From the NCBI GenBank assembly GCA_001687465.1, contig LVLI01000626.1, positions 1-58,314 on the forward strand: a stretch of DNA of 58,314 nt, given 5' to 3'. The stretch comes from Halocafeteria seosinensis (lineage: Eukaryota). Within the stretch, counting starts at the first letter, position 1. Every line of letters begins with the position of its first letter. A program made the translations under genes and the position numbers. The notes beneath the pieces are model-generated. The model saw nothing but the letters and a program-made list of their open reading frames with translations. It did not search any database and was not told the origin of the DNA. Shown in pieces: positions 33,801 through 47,838 of the stretch.

Positions 33801-36800
33801 TTCTGCCGCCCCCAGGAGGTCCCATAGATCCAAACAACTGACAATCGACGTTGCTCCGGAAATCCTTAGTGGAGATATCATACCATCCTCCGTTCTCCAT
33901 CAACTGTCGGAGTAATTCCAGTGGTGGCTGAGCACCGTACTGCTCCGGCTCAGGGAGGTTTCTGCAACAATGAAAACATCCATATCAACTAGAGGTAGCA
34001 ACATTGCACAACTGGCAAGTACTTACAAGTCATCTACAAAAATCAGATTCGTTTTTCCAATTGGAGGTCCGAAGACGCCCTTCCGACGACGGTCAAGCCT
34101 CCCATCGATGATGGACTGAGTCAAGTTCGAGCTGGTTCGGGCAGAGAACGAAATCAAGGTAGATATTGCTTGCTCGGCTGGCTGTGATTCTAGCAACTTC
34201 TTCATATAATCCGTCTTGCCTGTACCCGTAGGCCCGCAAACTAACACGGACTGCTTGTGATCCAGGAAGAGTTGCATAAATGAGTTAAACTGCACAGTCA
34301 CAGTAGTAGGCACTATGAGTGTTTGTCGCTCAGCCATTTTGGAGTTTGACGGTAATGCCTCATTCCATTCTCTCCATTGACCATTCGAGAAAAAGTACTG
34401 GTAAAGAATAGAGTCCTTTGGCAGGGAAACCTTCGGCTTGGATTCGCTCAATTTGAAGTCGCCTGCAAAACGATGCATACTATCCGTAGGCGTAACATAC
34501 TCTTCTTCGATGCTCAGCGCTTTGCGATCCGCTTCGCATATCCCTGAAGACATTGGCACCAAACTTTCCTCGTCACCTGCAGCAGCCAGCATCTTGCTGC
34601 GACGCTGGCGCTCCTGACGCTGCGCCTCAGCAGCCTTTCGATGGTTTTCTTGGGAACCTCTCCAACCACGGCTTTCAAAAATACCACTGTATGCACTAGC
34701 ACCTAGATGACCCGGATTCTCAACAATCTTTTTGACGAATTCATCGAAGCGTTGACGGCCTTTCTGGTTTAAGCACCCCCCAACAGCCCACATTAAAGAG
34801 AAGATGAAAATATTGGATACCTCCTGCTCAGAAGAATCCGCCGCATCTAACTCGGTGGCGTCCACTCCGTTGAAATCCCCTTTCTGGCGATTGACAGTTG
34901 CGTCATACAAGCAGCATTGTATTAATGTTATCATATTGTTGACAATAGTTTGCTCTTGGAGCGCCAGGTATTGGTACTGAGAGGCTGTTTTCTTAAGCCA
35001 CACCAGACAAGGATCCATAAACAGCTCAAAGAGGTTCTCGAGGGTTGCTCTTGCATCTGCATCCAAAGCAGGTTGACTCTTTTGGTCAGCATTGGCGTGG
35101 AGAGGTGCCATAAAATCGGTGTAAGGTGTGCACTTTGTAAAGTAGCTCTGATTAGACGTTTCGAACATATCTGGGAAACACAATCTGTCGAGCCAAGAGA
35201 CAACCAGAGGTCTCCACCCTACCTCTGCGGGTTCTAAATAAATCATTCCGCATCGACTGACAGTGGCTGGAGAAGCGGCTTCTAGGTCTTGCGTTTCGAA
35301 GACCATGCTCATTTTTCCAGACATGGCAATTATTTCACCAGACATTAAGCAGAGCTTCTTGTTATCGTCAAGGACAGTGTTCATGTTTTCAATCCATATG
35401 GCATCAACGGGACCATCGAATATCAGCCACTTTAACCTCGAAGCTTCAGGAGAGTCTGCCTCAATACTGGCAAACCGTCGGAATTCGTTGCTTAGAACAC
35501 CATCTGTCCATTCCTGAGTTACTGGATCATTCTGCCCATACAGTTGCCCCAAGGGAATACTCTTGGGGAAGATGGTCGTATAATCCATTGCTGCCCATCT
35601 AGAATCTTCCGGGTATTTTTCTAAGAGCCAAGACAGTGCCAGGCGAAGTACCTGTATGCAAGCAGTTTTGCCCGCCCAAGGCATTCCGACTAACATAAAT
35701 CCATGTCTAACGAGCATCATTTCGTAAAGTTCAATGCACTTGTTCATAAGGTACGAGTCCGGAACTAAGCGCAGTTGCGCTGCAGCTTGCACTAAAGCGG
35801 CATTCAGCATCTTCCTGTCGGGAGGCTTGTTTTCAGTGTGGGGAAACAGATCCTTGACAATTCCATTAAATAGGGGTATATCCATAGACAAAAATTTCGG
35901 TTGATTAACATCCAGGATGGCCCGCAGAATCAATTCATCTTCAGGCGCAGTTGCGTTCTCTGGCTTTCTTTTGAGATTCCCGGCAGCTCGCAGGACAGCA
36001 ATTACAGCTCTCATACCATAATCATAGTGATCTTGAGAGGAAAGTTGTTCCGAACACAGTTTGTACGTAGCTACAATCTTGCGAGCCATTGGCTCTGCAT
36101 CAAGATACCCATTGCTGTATAGGATGATACGGGCAATCAAAGAATAATCGGGAACCATCATAGCTACAGAACGAAAGAGCGCCTTTAAATTATCCGGTAA
36201 TTCACTTCGTCCTGCGTAACCGGGATTCATCGTAATGAAAACACTGGCCGTGGGACGCAACGATATCTCAGTTCCTTCGAAAGTGAAATGCTCTTGCCCG
36301 GCTTGCTTTGCCAGTTGTATTGACAAAATCTGTTGGGCTATAACGGACAGCACCTCGAGTTCTATACGATTGAACTCATCAAAACATGACCACGCACCAC
36401 TACTTGCTAAACCCTTGAAGAATTTGGCCATTGCCTTGAAATCTAGCTGGTCACTGCAGTTATACACGATGCACATCATTCCCGCTGCTTTGGCCAGATC
36501 TTTTACTGTTTCTGTCTTTCCTGTTCCTGCAGGCCCCTCAGGTGCTCCACCAAGGTTCAAATGGACAGCACCAATCAGCGTTCTATAGCAGCGGTCCGTC
36601 AGCGGGGTGATGACTAGTCGACTGCTATTTCCCAGGTACTCGTTGGCATACAAAACCTCAGCATTGATCATTCGCATCGACACGCTTTCAGGCTTGCCCG
36701 TCTTTGCGCTTGCCCCCTTTTCATTCCAGTAGTACCGCAACTGACTGTTCCATTCGAACGCATACGGGGAGGTGACATCCGAGTTAGCTAGGTACTCTGT

Positions 36801-39800
36801 TACGTCCCTTGAGTGTACATCAAGGACAACCAGAGCCGCAAGTGTTTGTCTCTGAAGTTTCGACAAATCACCCCGAATCAACAGAATAATATCTTGTAGG
36901 CGTTGATCACATTCGGCGACGTAATCCCGTATGCTTATGTTTCTCTTGCCTGTCAGGACTTGTTCCACTTCATAGGTCCAAAACATTTTGCTGACAGCAA
37001 GAACGACCTGTCCAGGCCACTCTGTGGCCCAGTGACTGCGTTTCTCTGCTTTCTCAAACGCCTTTACCGAGTCATCCACGCTTCGGGCGACAGAGCGGCG
37101 CATTGCAGCCTCTACCAGGACAAGCCATTCCTCTACGTTCCCACGAGATTCGTGAGGATGAATCATGCGCCCATCCTTTTCGGGAGAGAGCGCTACCTTT
37201 TCGCCTTCCGGACTGATCATTGCATTAATCTGAAGATCTTCAGGTTTACCGCTCTTGTTTGCAAATTCTAGCTGATGGATACCTTCGAATGCCTTCTTAA
37301 GATGTTTTTGAACCCGTAATGGGTCTTTGGTTTCTGCAAGAATTTCTAAAAGTTCGTCGTTAGAGAGGAAGAAGAATCTTGGGAAGTATAGACGCTTGGT
37401 TTCAAGGTACTCGTTGAGGCCCTTAGTTATATCATCTAGCATGGAATTTGCCTCCTGCAGTTTCTCCAATGTAGTTTTCGCTCCGAAACTGCGTAACGCT
37501 TCGGGGTTCGAAACGGTGTTCGAAGAGGCTTGCCTCCATAGCTTATCCACTTGCTCAAACATCTTTCCCTCCTTGGGCATCTGTCGCATAATGTCTTCGC
37601 TACCGAAGATAGGCTGCAGGTATAGCCATTGACCTTGGCAAGTTAGCCACTCATCGAGGGTGTTCTGCACTAGATTAAGCTTTTCGGTCCACGCTTTGAT
37701 GTCTTCTTCCAGCGGCTTTGCGTATCGTGAAGCTAACATAGTGGTTGCTTTGACCGAGTGATCATCCAGTAGCATTTGAACTTGCTCCACTGCGGCGGAG
37801 GTCAAAATATGTGCACCAGTGTCTTTGTGCGGGACCATTTCCAGCTGAACACCTTCCCATTCCTCTTTCATCTTTGTTAGCGATTTGTATAGGCTATGTT
37901 CCTTCGATGCAGAGACGCAAATGTCTTCAATTTCAGATACGTGGTTCTGGATCCCAACGCGTAAAAAGTCTTGCAAAGATGCTGTAGACTCCCGAGGGAG
38001 CGTTAGAGACGTTCGCTGCTCCATCTCATCCCAGTGACGGGACTGGATACCAGGATTAGCAAGCAGCTCTACCACCTGGAAATCATGGTTCAAAAATTGC
38101 TCTACATCCTTCCGTACTTTTGATCCGACAAACGACGCGCTCTCCGCACTCTCCGGTAACTCTTTCATTATCTTGATGACAGAAGTGCGTAATGTGTCTC
38201 CTTCGTTGCGGACGTCGTCGGGAGTTTGCTCGCTAACAGGATTGTTGTAGCACCTGTTATAGTAGTCTTGAAATCGTTCTACGGTACTCCACAGTTTTTC
38301 GTAAGGAGCTAGTTCTTCGAGCGAACGGTCGACATCGTTGGCAAAGTCAGTTACTTCAATGTCCAAGCGCTTTTGTTCCGCGGTGAGTTCCCTAGCCTCC
38401 CGCAGGTGTTCCTCAAGCTTTTCACGCAGTTTTTGAATTTTCTTCACTGTGTCATTGACTTTGGACAAGCTTCCTTCGGAGGCAAGCTTAGAAATAGTTT
38501 CCTTCTGTTTTGACAGATTTTGCTGAAAGTCAGATATTCTCTTCTCTAATTCCTCGACCATACCGCTGCGTTGCTTTGCTACCACTCTTTCGCAGGCATC
38601 TATCATCTCCTGTAGCTTGGCTGGCCAAGTAAGCAGTTCTTTAAACTCCACCGCTTGCGATCTGGAAAATGCAACAGAGTCATTACCAGGCGTGTATTCC
38701 TCACTACCTTCATCGTTTTCCTCATCATCTGAGTCCTTCTCACCATAGGTTTCTTCTTGAGTTTTCGACCTATTACGGATTGTTTCTTTGGGATTCCCTT
38801 TTGCGCGTTCAATGGCAGGGTCGGAAGGGATCGGTTCAACGGCTGTCCCTTCACAGTGCAGGTAGTTTATCACTACATTAATTCCATTTTTGCCGTACAC
38901 ATGCTTTTCCATATTTTGCAGCAACGTAAAACTCTCCTCAATGTATTCCTGCAGCGAAACGAGCCCTGCAGAATCGGAGGGTACTTCTTGCAACCGTTGG
39001 TTCATCTCCGAAAATTTGGAGTTGATGGTTCTCATTTTCAAAAGCATAATTTCCTTAAGCTCTTGGAGAACTACGGAAATGAGGAGCCGCACACGACCTA
39101 TGATAGTCTCCTTTAGGTTGACTGTGGAAACGGTAAACGCTGCAAAATGGACTGTATCTGGAGCAGCCTCTCGAACCTCTTCAATGAGACGGATATATTT
39201 CTTTATCTCAGATTTGTAAGTTGTCCAAACGGGGTCTTGCGACACAAGCTTCAGAAGCCTTTCTAGTTCTCCTTTGTCAAACAGGTAGACATACTTGTCA
39301 AACAAACTTCTCACCCATTCGGGACCAGGTTTGTGCACCTCTATAAACTTCGATACTATATCGTACGTATTATGTACCGCTTCGTCATCTCCCCCGACAC
39401 CAGAAATAGTGTCCTTGTGGGGGGTGTCTCCCTCCTCATCCGCTTCACCCCGATTTGCCGCTGCATGGGTTTCTTTCACATACTGGCCAGCGTCAATCTC
39501 GGCATCCGGACGAGTAAGCGAGTTGCAGTTCCGTATCACATAGTCGATACTTCCTTTGAACGCAGTTGATATCACGTCCCATTGTGGATCCAAGATGAAG
39601 TTGACACTGCCGCACCAGAGCTTCCGTATACATTCTCCCCTTCTTGGATTGGTGTGACTTTGTTCCTCCTCGTCTGCCATTTCCTCGGGATTTCGCGGTC
39701 TTGAAGCTCGAATATACTCCAGCACTAGTGCGATAGATACTGCTGGACTGAGGGGATTAACTGGGCGCGTACACCAAATCTTGGCATCATTAAGGTTTCT

Positions 39801-41972
39801 TACATCCTGGAGAGAAATTTGCTCGTAACTGGGTAGTTGTTGCACTAAGAAATCATTGAAAAAACGGCTCGGTGCCCTGGGATGAACATAGCCCTCAAGA
39901 AATTCGCGAAACGATCGCAAGTTTTCATACACGAGGGACCTCAACTGGTTACTTAATATCACAGAAGAGCCAGCAAACACACCAAGCAATCGCCGGGCCA
40001 ACGCTTGTGGGCCTCTTAAAGGGAACTCAGCAGCACGAACCGGCCCTGAGTATTCATCACGTTCGTGTCGCATGGCAACTTTAGGGTCCGGCGCGTCGTT
40101 CTCCTGGAAGAGGAATGGCTCCGGTCGTCGAAGCCTGTCTTTCGACTTGAGAGATTCAGTCCGGCCCAGCTTTAAACCATGCTTCCATCGGGCCAAATAG
40201 GCAGAATAATCAGCCATGTTGGGATCGCAAATTTGATGCATCCTGTCCTCCGTGGGAATTTCATTCTCTTCAGTGTTCTCGGAAAATGATTGCAACTCTA
40301 GTACAAAACTAGCAAGAACCTCAGTGGCGTCTTTCAGCCACGATTTGCTGAGTTTACTCATGGCACTATCGCAACTAGTTTCAATCATCCTCGACAAGGA
40401 AGAGGCTCCCATGGGAATATTGTCCGAGACGGACTTGCGATCAAATATTTGCGAGTCATAATACTGCCTGTCTGGTTTAAACCATAGCATATGAATGTGG
40501 TTTAAAACTGTTTCTGTGGTTCGCAGGGACGTCAGCAAATGAGTAGCAGCTTGCGGAACAGTATGGTAGCCCAGGTTACAATCGGACCTCGTCATCAGAG
40601 CCGGAGGGTAATACTTTCCTTTCTCTAGCAATTTGCAGCTTAAGCCATGATGCAGGGACCTATCGTGAGCCGATAAATCATAATCAAGCATTGCCTGCCG
40701 GCACGCTTGTTCGTATCCTTCAAGTACTTCATCAAACATCGCCTCGACACTCTCTGAGGGGGAAAACCCGGCTTTATAGTCCATGCTGGTCGTTTTCAGA
40801 TGCTCTGATGAGTCTGCAGGTCCATTTTCCATTTCTAAGTGGCTAACAGGCTGCTGTCCGTATCCGTAAATATCATTGGATGGAATCCCAGTTAAGCAAA
40901 GGCGATCCCAGTCTCTCCTTTCACCTTCAGTTACAGCCAAGCGTTCGAGAATAGCCTCTTCCCAAGCTGGGTTCCACGGTGCAATTGGGGAAGCCTGTTT
41001 AAAATCTCCCAACACAGAGCCACTTGTTCCTGGAAGTGGTTTCGGTCTCCGATTTTGTCCATCTCCGACAGTAGCGACTTGGTTTACGGCCTCCCAATAC
41101 ATTTCGATTTCATCTCTGATTAGCTCTGCTTGCACTCGTAGGTCTGACTCATCAAACAAATTTTCCCTATCTAACGCCCGTTTAACAGCTCCAGTCAATG
41201 TATTGTTACTGCCACTATTGTCCAATTTCTGCTCTCCTCTATGATTTGCAGCCACAGAGTCATCGTCGAGTTCGAAATTCCATTCCACGATTTCTCCCGT
41301 AGATGGGTCTCTGATCAACCCACCAGTGGAATGCTCTAGACTCTGTCGGGAGGGTGATGTACCGAACGTCTCAGCTTCCTTTGTTGGGGAAATGGCACCG
41401 GGAGTTCCATAGTCGACCTTACTCGACGACGGAGAGACGTCTCGTGTCTTCACCGGAGATGGGAAGCTTACAATTCGCGGAGGCGAGCATTGCACATTGT
41501 AGTGATTCCTGCTGCGAACAGGAGAGAGTGAGGGACTAAGTTCATCGGTCTGCTCGGAACCGTGCTTCTGCTCACGGGCTGGCGAAGCTCCAACTGACGG
41601 TGCTGATTCCGAGTAGGATAGGCTCTTGCCCCCTACACCCGTGCCACCCACTTTGGTATGATGCGTTTCAGGGGAGTTAATGTTCGCTGTTGATGCCGTA
41701 TTTCGCTTCTTTCTCAATGCCTGAGAACCCTTCCCGGGAGACATACTGCTGGACTCGTCAAGTCTCTTGTGTCGTTTGGGTGGCGCGTAGAGGAAATCAT
41801 GCAGTTTTTGCATCGTGAGTCCTTCTGTTTCAGGGGAATAGTTTTTCCCAATTCGATCCACAGCCGCTGCAAAAGCTGCGGAACTACTATGGAAGCCATT
41901 TCGCTTCTTAAAACGAGCCACCAGCTCCTCGGGTGGGTCGTACACACCAGAATCCACTTGACGTGGTTCCAT
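27862..41972 (-). CDS. Axonemal dynein heavy chain, single-headed inner-arm type (DNAH3/7/12-like), ~4680 aa, one 65-nt intron (34026-33962)
   Basis: FPRFFFLSNDELLEIL, RLVITPLTDRCY, P-loops GPAGTGKT, GMPWAGKT, GPTGTGKT, GLGGSGRQ, WVVLQNCHLA, RRGTLSTTGHSTNFV; the splice gives FVDDLNLPEPEQYGAQPPLELLRQ. Confidence 0.98.
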
Positions 41973-42090
41973 TCTAGTTTGCTAGTCCTTTCCCTCTTCC
42001 CTCGCGCTTAAAGTGGATGCTTGCCTGACAGCCACGGAAACTGAATCGCTCTCACTCTCCCCCAACCAACGACAGAAGCTCAGAAACACG

Positions 42091-42108
42091 CACACACACA
42101 CACACACA
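42091..42108. repeat. (CA)9 microsatellite upstream of the dynein start
   Basis: cacacacacacacacaca read directly. Confidence 0.9.
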
Positions 42109-43031
42109 AACAGAGACACACGCTCCTCCTGCTGCTGGCTGGTTATAACGGTAGCTTGTTGGTTGAAGTTTGGCAGTAGACTCTCATGCATCTATTTGGT
42201 CGATCGCTCACGATGAAGGAATTCATTGAACCTTGTGCCACTCAATCAATTCCTTCCCCTTTTCGCTATTCGTTAGTCAACCAATAAATGAAGGAAACTA
42301 GGACGGAGGGAGGCGTTCTCTTCCTCTCGTGCGAGCTACGGAGCAAGACCAACGCCGGAGTTGGTTTCGACGCAGCAAACATTCGTTTCACTAAGATGGC
42401 AACCTATCAATCTTTTCTTGCACCTGCCGATTTCAAAAAAAAAGAAAAAAAAAGAAACACGACGCAGGTAGTCTACGCCTTTATGAATGCATGGAAGGAC
42501 GGTGTGTCATAGCACGCGTACCCCTTTGAACCTCTGTGCTCTTTTCTTTTCTTTCTGCTTTCAACTCCCGGGGGAAACAAAGGAAGGCCGGAAAGGTAAG
42601 TTTTGTTTGTCGCCTTCCGAACAACAAAAAGGAAAACAAAGGGGCCCGGGACAGGGAAGAGACCTCTTGGTGTGGAAGTTTGGTGTATATAGTTCATATA
42701 CGCCATGTCCTTGTAGTTTTCTGCGTCTGACAGGCCCAGCCCAGTTGATCGGTTAGGGGGTCGTCAATGTGGTGGTGCTATGGTGTTGGCAGTCATTGCA
42801 GAGTTCTGGAGCGTCGGGAACCTGGAAAAAGGTGGCAGAATTGGTCCATTAAGGCGTTTTAAACTTGTCATTGGGTGCCAAATATCTAGCAGAGTATAGG
42901 CGAATATTGAAATTCTTTTATCCCTTCGTTATTTATTTTTGTGTGTCGCCGAGTTGCAGTTCGTCGACGGAGAGCTCGTTTTCGTTGGTTGGTTGGTTCA
43001 AGTGTTGACAGTGTGTGGCAAGACAAACAGA

Positions 43032-46000
43032 ATGAATGGTGCGTCGGAAGGAGAAATAGAAGCGGCAACTGCGGCTCTTTTGGATTTCTCCAAAGAATTC
43101 GATGTGGGGCTGTTTGAGCGCATTGTGAAGACGGTGACAGATCCCCATGCTTCAAACCAAAACAGATTGGCAGCCAGCTCAGTGCTGACCAAACTGAGAG
43201 ACCACCCACATTCTTGGTATCATGTCGATAAGGTGCTGGAGAATGCACAGTCTCAGGATGCCCAGTTTATGGCTCTGGAAATATTACAGTATACGGTGAA
43301 ATATAGATGGGCTGCGCTAGGGAACCAAGAACGAGAGGGAGTGAAACAGTATATTGTAACCAAGTGTATACAGGTAAGCGCAAGATCGAGGTATGCGTAT
43401 TTGTTAAGTCCATTCCTTACGGGCGACTCCTTGCTTTGTGGCCGTCATCGGTACAGTTGTCTCAAACGCCGGAATCATACAACCGGTACTATATGCTATT
43501 GGGACGTCTCAATGTCGTCTTAGTGGAAATACTGAAACACGAATGGCCGCATAACTGGCCCAGTTTTATCCCAGAAATCGTAGAGGCGTCTAATTCGGCC
43601 GAAACGTTATGCGAGAACAACCTGAACATCTTGAAGTTATTAGCGGAGGAAATTTTCGAATTTTCGGAAGATCATCTTACTTCTCAGAAAGCTCAAACAT
43701 TGAAGGCCTCATTGAAGGACCAGTTTTCGACCGTGCTGAACCTCGCATACAATGTATTGTTGCATTCACAACGAGACTCTTTACGGCGTACATGTTTAAC
43801 AGCGCTTTCTCGATACATCCCTTGGCTTTCTAGTGATGGCTTAATCAATGATAACACTGGATGTCAACTAGTGAAGACCCTCGTGGATTTGACCTCGGCG
43901 CCTCAATTTCGTATGCATGCGTTAGAATGTCTTGGGGAAGTTTTCTCCTTGTTTGGGAGAGACGCTAATCAGAAGAAAAGGAATCGCAACAAGACCAACA
44001 ATGATGAAAGCGGCATCCCAGGTGTGACAGAAACCCGGTTGACGAACTTTGTCGGCGAAATATATCAGGGAACGATGTCGAAGGTGCTGGAGGGTATTCC
44101 GCAGCAATATATGAGTTGTGAACAGCTAATCAGTACTCTACAGAATGCGGGGGACAATGATGCTGAGGGATACGTCCACCAACTCGCGTTGTTTCTCACG
44201 ACGACATTAGGGAAACACTTATTACGCCTTGAGCGCCTCGTATTGAATGGTAACTCTCAACAGAGTGGTTTCCAGAGTCAGGCTCTCACAGGTGGGCACA
44301 ACTTGTTGGCTACGATTAGTGATACTGAAGAGGACGAGCGGTTCAAGACCTGTCTTGACTATTGGCTGATTTTGGCGACCTCATTATATACGACGAAAAT
44401 CCAGGCGCGGAGTACCGATGATGACCCGTTTTCTCAGCCGCGCTTAAAGCTGTATGAGGATGTGATTGTGAGACTACGGCAAATCTTGATACAGCACATG
44501 GCGAAACCGGAGGAAGTCCTGTTGACTACTGATGACGAGGGCGAAGTTATTCGTGAGCACAGTAAAGACACATCCGTAGTTGCACTACATAAGCAGGTTC
44601 GAGACGTGCTGAAATACTTGTCGTACATTGACATCAGTGGAATGGAGAATTTAATGGTTAATAAGCTAGAACGACAGGCTGACGGCAGCGAATGGGGTTG
44701 GGAACCGCTTAACAAATTGTGTTGGTCTATCGGAGCAATCAGTGGAGTCATGGAGGAACAAGAAGAAAAGCAATTCCTGGTTACCATCATTAAATATTTA
44801 TTGTCACTCTGTGAGCATAAGCACGGAAAAGACAATAAGGCAATTATCGCCTCGAATATTATGTATGTCGTGGGGCAATACCCTCGCTTCCTTCGAGCCC
44901 ACTGGAAGTTCTTGAAAACTGTAATTTTGAAGTTGTTTGAATTTATGCATGAGGATCATCCAGGGGTTAAGGATATGGCTGTGGACACGATGCTGAAAAT
45001 CGCGAGTAAATGCCAAACCCAGTTTATTACTCCTCAAGAGAGCTCGCAAGCAATATTTGTCGAAGACATTATCGCTGAACTCTCTAGTATCACGGAGGAT
45101 TTACAGTCACATCAACTGCAAACCTTCTATGAAGCGGTGGGGACGATGATACAGGCACACCCCGTTGCTTCAACGCAAGAACAGTTAACCCAGGAACTAA
45201 TGTCGACATGCAATGAGGACTGGAAACGTAGAATGACAGAAGCTAATAACAATATAGGTGCGTTGAGAGATCAATACGCTTTGCGTACACTCGGAAGAAT
45301 ATTGCGCATAAACACTCGGGTAGCTGCTGCCGTCGGTCCTGCGTTTACCAAGCAGCTTAGCATGATTTTTAAGGACAGTCTGAGCATTTACAAGGTTGTC
45401 ACCGCAGCTATGGAGGAGGGTTTACAGAGCGGAGGAATGCAGACTCTGCGCTCTCCTGGGATGCGAGTCATGCGTGCGCTGCGAGTTGATGTTACAAACG
45501 TTGTTAAAACCTATGTGGAACGCTGTTCTGCGCGAGATAAACGAATGGTTGTTCGAGAATTCGTGCCTCCACTGACCGAGCCAGTATTCCAAGCGTATGA
45601 AAACGCGCCTGCAGAATTGAAAGATTATTCGGCTATGGATCTGTTTAGTACGCTAGTGGAAGTACTAGGAGAAAATTTAGGTGCGTTTGGAATATTTACA
45701 GTGTTATGGAGTGCCTACCGGGTTCTTCACATGTTTTTCGTGTATGACAGGAACGCATACTGCTACGATATTCCGGTGTATCTTTCGGCCGACTCTTCCT
45801 TTAATTACTCAAAATTTTGAGGATAATCCAGGTATGTTTCGCAGCCCTCATGCCACTATGCAGATTGCGCTTGAGCAACTATGCTCTCTTCGTGTGTCGC
45901 AGATCACCGCCACTCCTTTTATAGCATGATATCAACGATATCTAAGAATGCATTTAACATTATTGCGGAGCTTTCGAACGAAGAGTTTCAATTATACGTG

Positions 46001-46636
46001 GATGCTGTGGTGTGGGGATTCAAGCACACAGGTCGAGGAGCTCCTGATAATGCTCTGGACAGTATCCTGACGGTTGTTAGACACATGAATGAACCTGACA
46101 GTGCAGCAATCGCTCCTATGTTCTTTCAATATTTCTGCCTTACGCTACTGCGGGATATATTTACCGTTTTGACAGATAGACTGCATCTGTCCCAAATGGA
46201 GGCACAAATTGAAGTTATTCGTGAAATCTTCTTATCCTTAGTTGTCAGACGGCAGATGACCGCTGCGATTTGGGAATCGAGTGCTTCTCAGAACGCTGCT
46301 TCTGCTGTTGGTGTTGGTTATCCGCAAATGCAGGGGCAAGGTACCGATGCTGTCGTTGACGCGAACATAAGGTTCGTTCATCAGTATCTCGTAGTGTTGC
46401 TTGGAAAAAGCTTCCCTACAGTGCGCGAGGATTATGTTACCTCGTTCGTTTCTGGCTTATTTAACGCTCGCCTCTTGGAAGCTCCCCAGGATTTTGAACG
46501 GCACATCAAGGATTTCTTAATACAGGCTATGGAGATAACCGTGGACCTAAGGAAGCTTCAAGAGCAGCAGGAGCAGGAGCAGTCAACAACTCACAACGGA
46601 GGCACCGAAAACGGAGACGCTTATGATGATCTTTAG
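43032..46636 (+). CDS. XPO1: Exportin-1 (CRM1), 4 coding exons
   Basis: LLDFSKEFDV, ILKHEWPHNWPSFI, MAKPEEVL, LNKLCWSIGAISG, LCEHKHGKDNKAIIASNIMYVVGQYPRFLRAHWKFLKTV; introns 43374-43456, 45681-45750, 45832-45902; the leptomycin-B-reactive Cys equivalent is retained. Confidence 0.97.
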
Positions 46637-46864
46637 GAATAGAGTGTCGCTGTAGCTGGGAAGTACATACACACACAAGTGCGTTCAGAAGATAAATAGC
46701 ATATACAAAACGCATCATAAGATTATAGGAAGTATCTGTGTAACATTTGATATGACTGATGCCCATGCGAAGCTCAGTATTCCACCCGGCTGGCAATACT
46801 GTTGGAACTGACAGAGCAAGAAGTGTGTCGTTGCTTGAGTTCCTTAATTACTTAGTTCAATTCC

Positions 46865-47257
46865 CTAATAGAAGAATCCCAGGATTTTACCTCCTGTGTG
46901 CTTACGCCTAGCTTCTTCGTGGTCCATGATGCCAGCAGAAGTCGTCAACACGATATGTCCAAACTGACGCGAGGGGAGCAGGTTGGCAACCCAGCCTTCT
47001 ACTGATTTCAGCGGGATGTCAAAGCGTGGGGAGATAACACCACATTTGTTAAGTCTGCCAATGAGATTGATTACGATCTTCTGGGATCGATGATCATCCA
47101 CAATTTCGAATTCCCCAATGTATCCGTGCTTTTGCATCACTTGCAGGAACTTTATGACCACCTTTGATACGGGGCGAATCAACACCTGGCGCTTTCCACG
47201 CTTTTCGGCATTGTATATCGCCTTTAAGGAGTCTGCTAATACACTCATGCGCACCAT
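46865..47257 (-). CDS. RPS15A: 40S ribosomal protein S15a (uS8)
   Basis: [29 protein letters not shown]...[14 protein letters not shown]...[21 protein letters not shown]. Confidence 0.99.
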   Translation of the reverse strand: MVRMSVLADSLKAIYNAEKRGKRQVLIRPVSKVVIKFLQVMQKHGYIGEFEIVDDHRSQKIVINLIGRLNKCGVISPRFDIPLKSVEGWVANLLPSRQFGHIVLTTSAGIMDHEEARRKHTGGKILGFFY

Positions 47258-47316
47258 CTTTGCCTTCTAAACTGAGCTTCAGTCGTTCGTCCACCAGGGG
47301 CTTGTGAAGCTAAGAT

Positions 47317-47838
47317 CTGCAGCGGACAAAATCTCATTATGCAGGTGCCTTCAGGACTCTAGATGCACATTGGAGGATCTAACCACACAGGAGGTAACTA
47401 TTCGGAATCCACCTAGAGGCAAGTATATCCATGGATGAAGCATTTCGGAACCCAGCACCAAAGTGGGCAAGGTCCTGTACTAACACCATCGAGTGCCCCC
47501 TGGAGTCCCCTTTAGGACCCCCCCTCACCCTTTTTGTTATCCTCTTTGCTATCCACACCAAGAGCTCCCTCATGTGTCTGCCTCTCTGGGCCATACGGCT
47601 ACCAATAGAGACATCGCATGCGGATTAAAAATGCCAACACCACTGAAATTGGTATATTCCAAAGAACTGGCTTCCCAGGTCCATACAGGCACCAAAAACG
47701 AGCCTCATACCCCATAGAGTCTGGACGAGCTCCAGGGGGACAGGGTTCCCTCTATCGTGTCCCCCAATCAAAAACCACAAAAAGGGTCACGGAACAGGCC
47801 CGACTCCACCATGAAGAGGTCAACGATATGCTACATAC
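47317..47838 (-). other. Predicted long 5'-UTR intron of RPS15A (522 nt)
   Basis: Minus-strand AAG|GTATGT at 47838 and TTTTGTCCGCTGCAG| at 47317; a second possible acceptor TTTAG lies at 47267. Confidence 0.5.

Noticed and set aside
27862..41972. Two separate giant ORFs (2013 and 2649 aa) as two genes or a frameshift
   Set aside because: A 65-nt GT-AG intron joins them and restores the conserved AAA3 sequence
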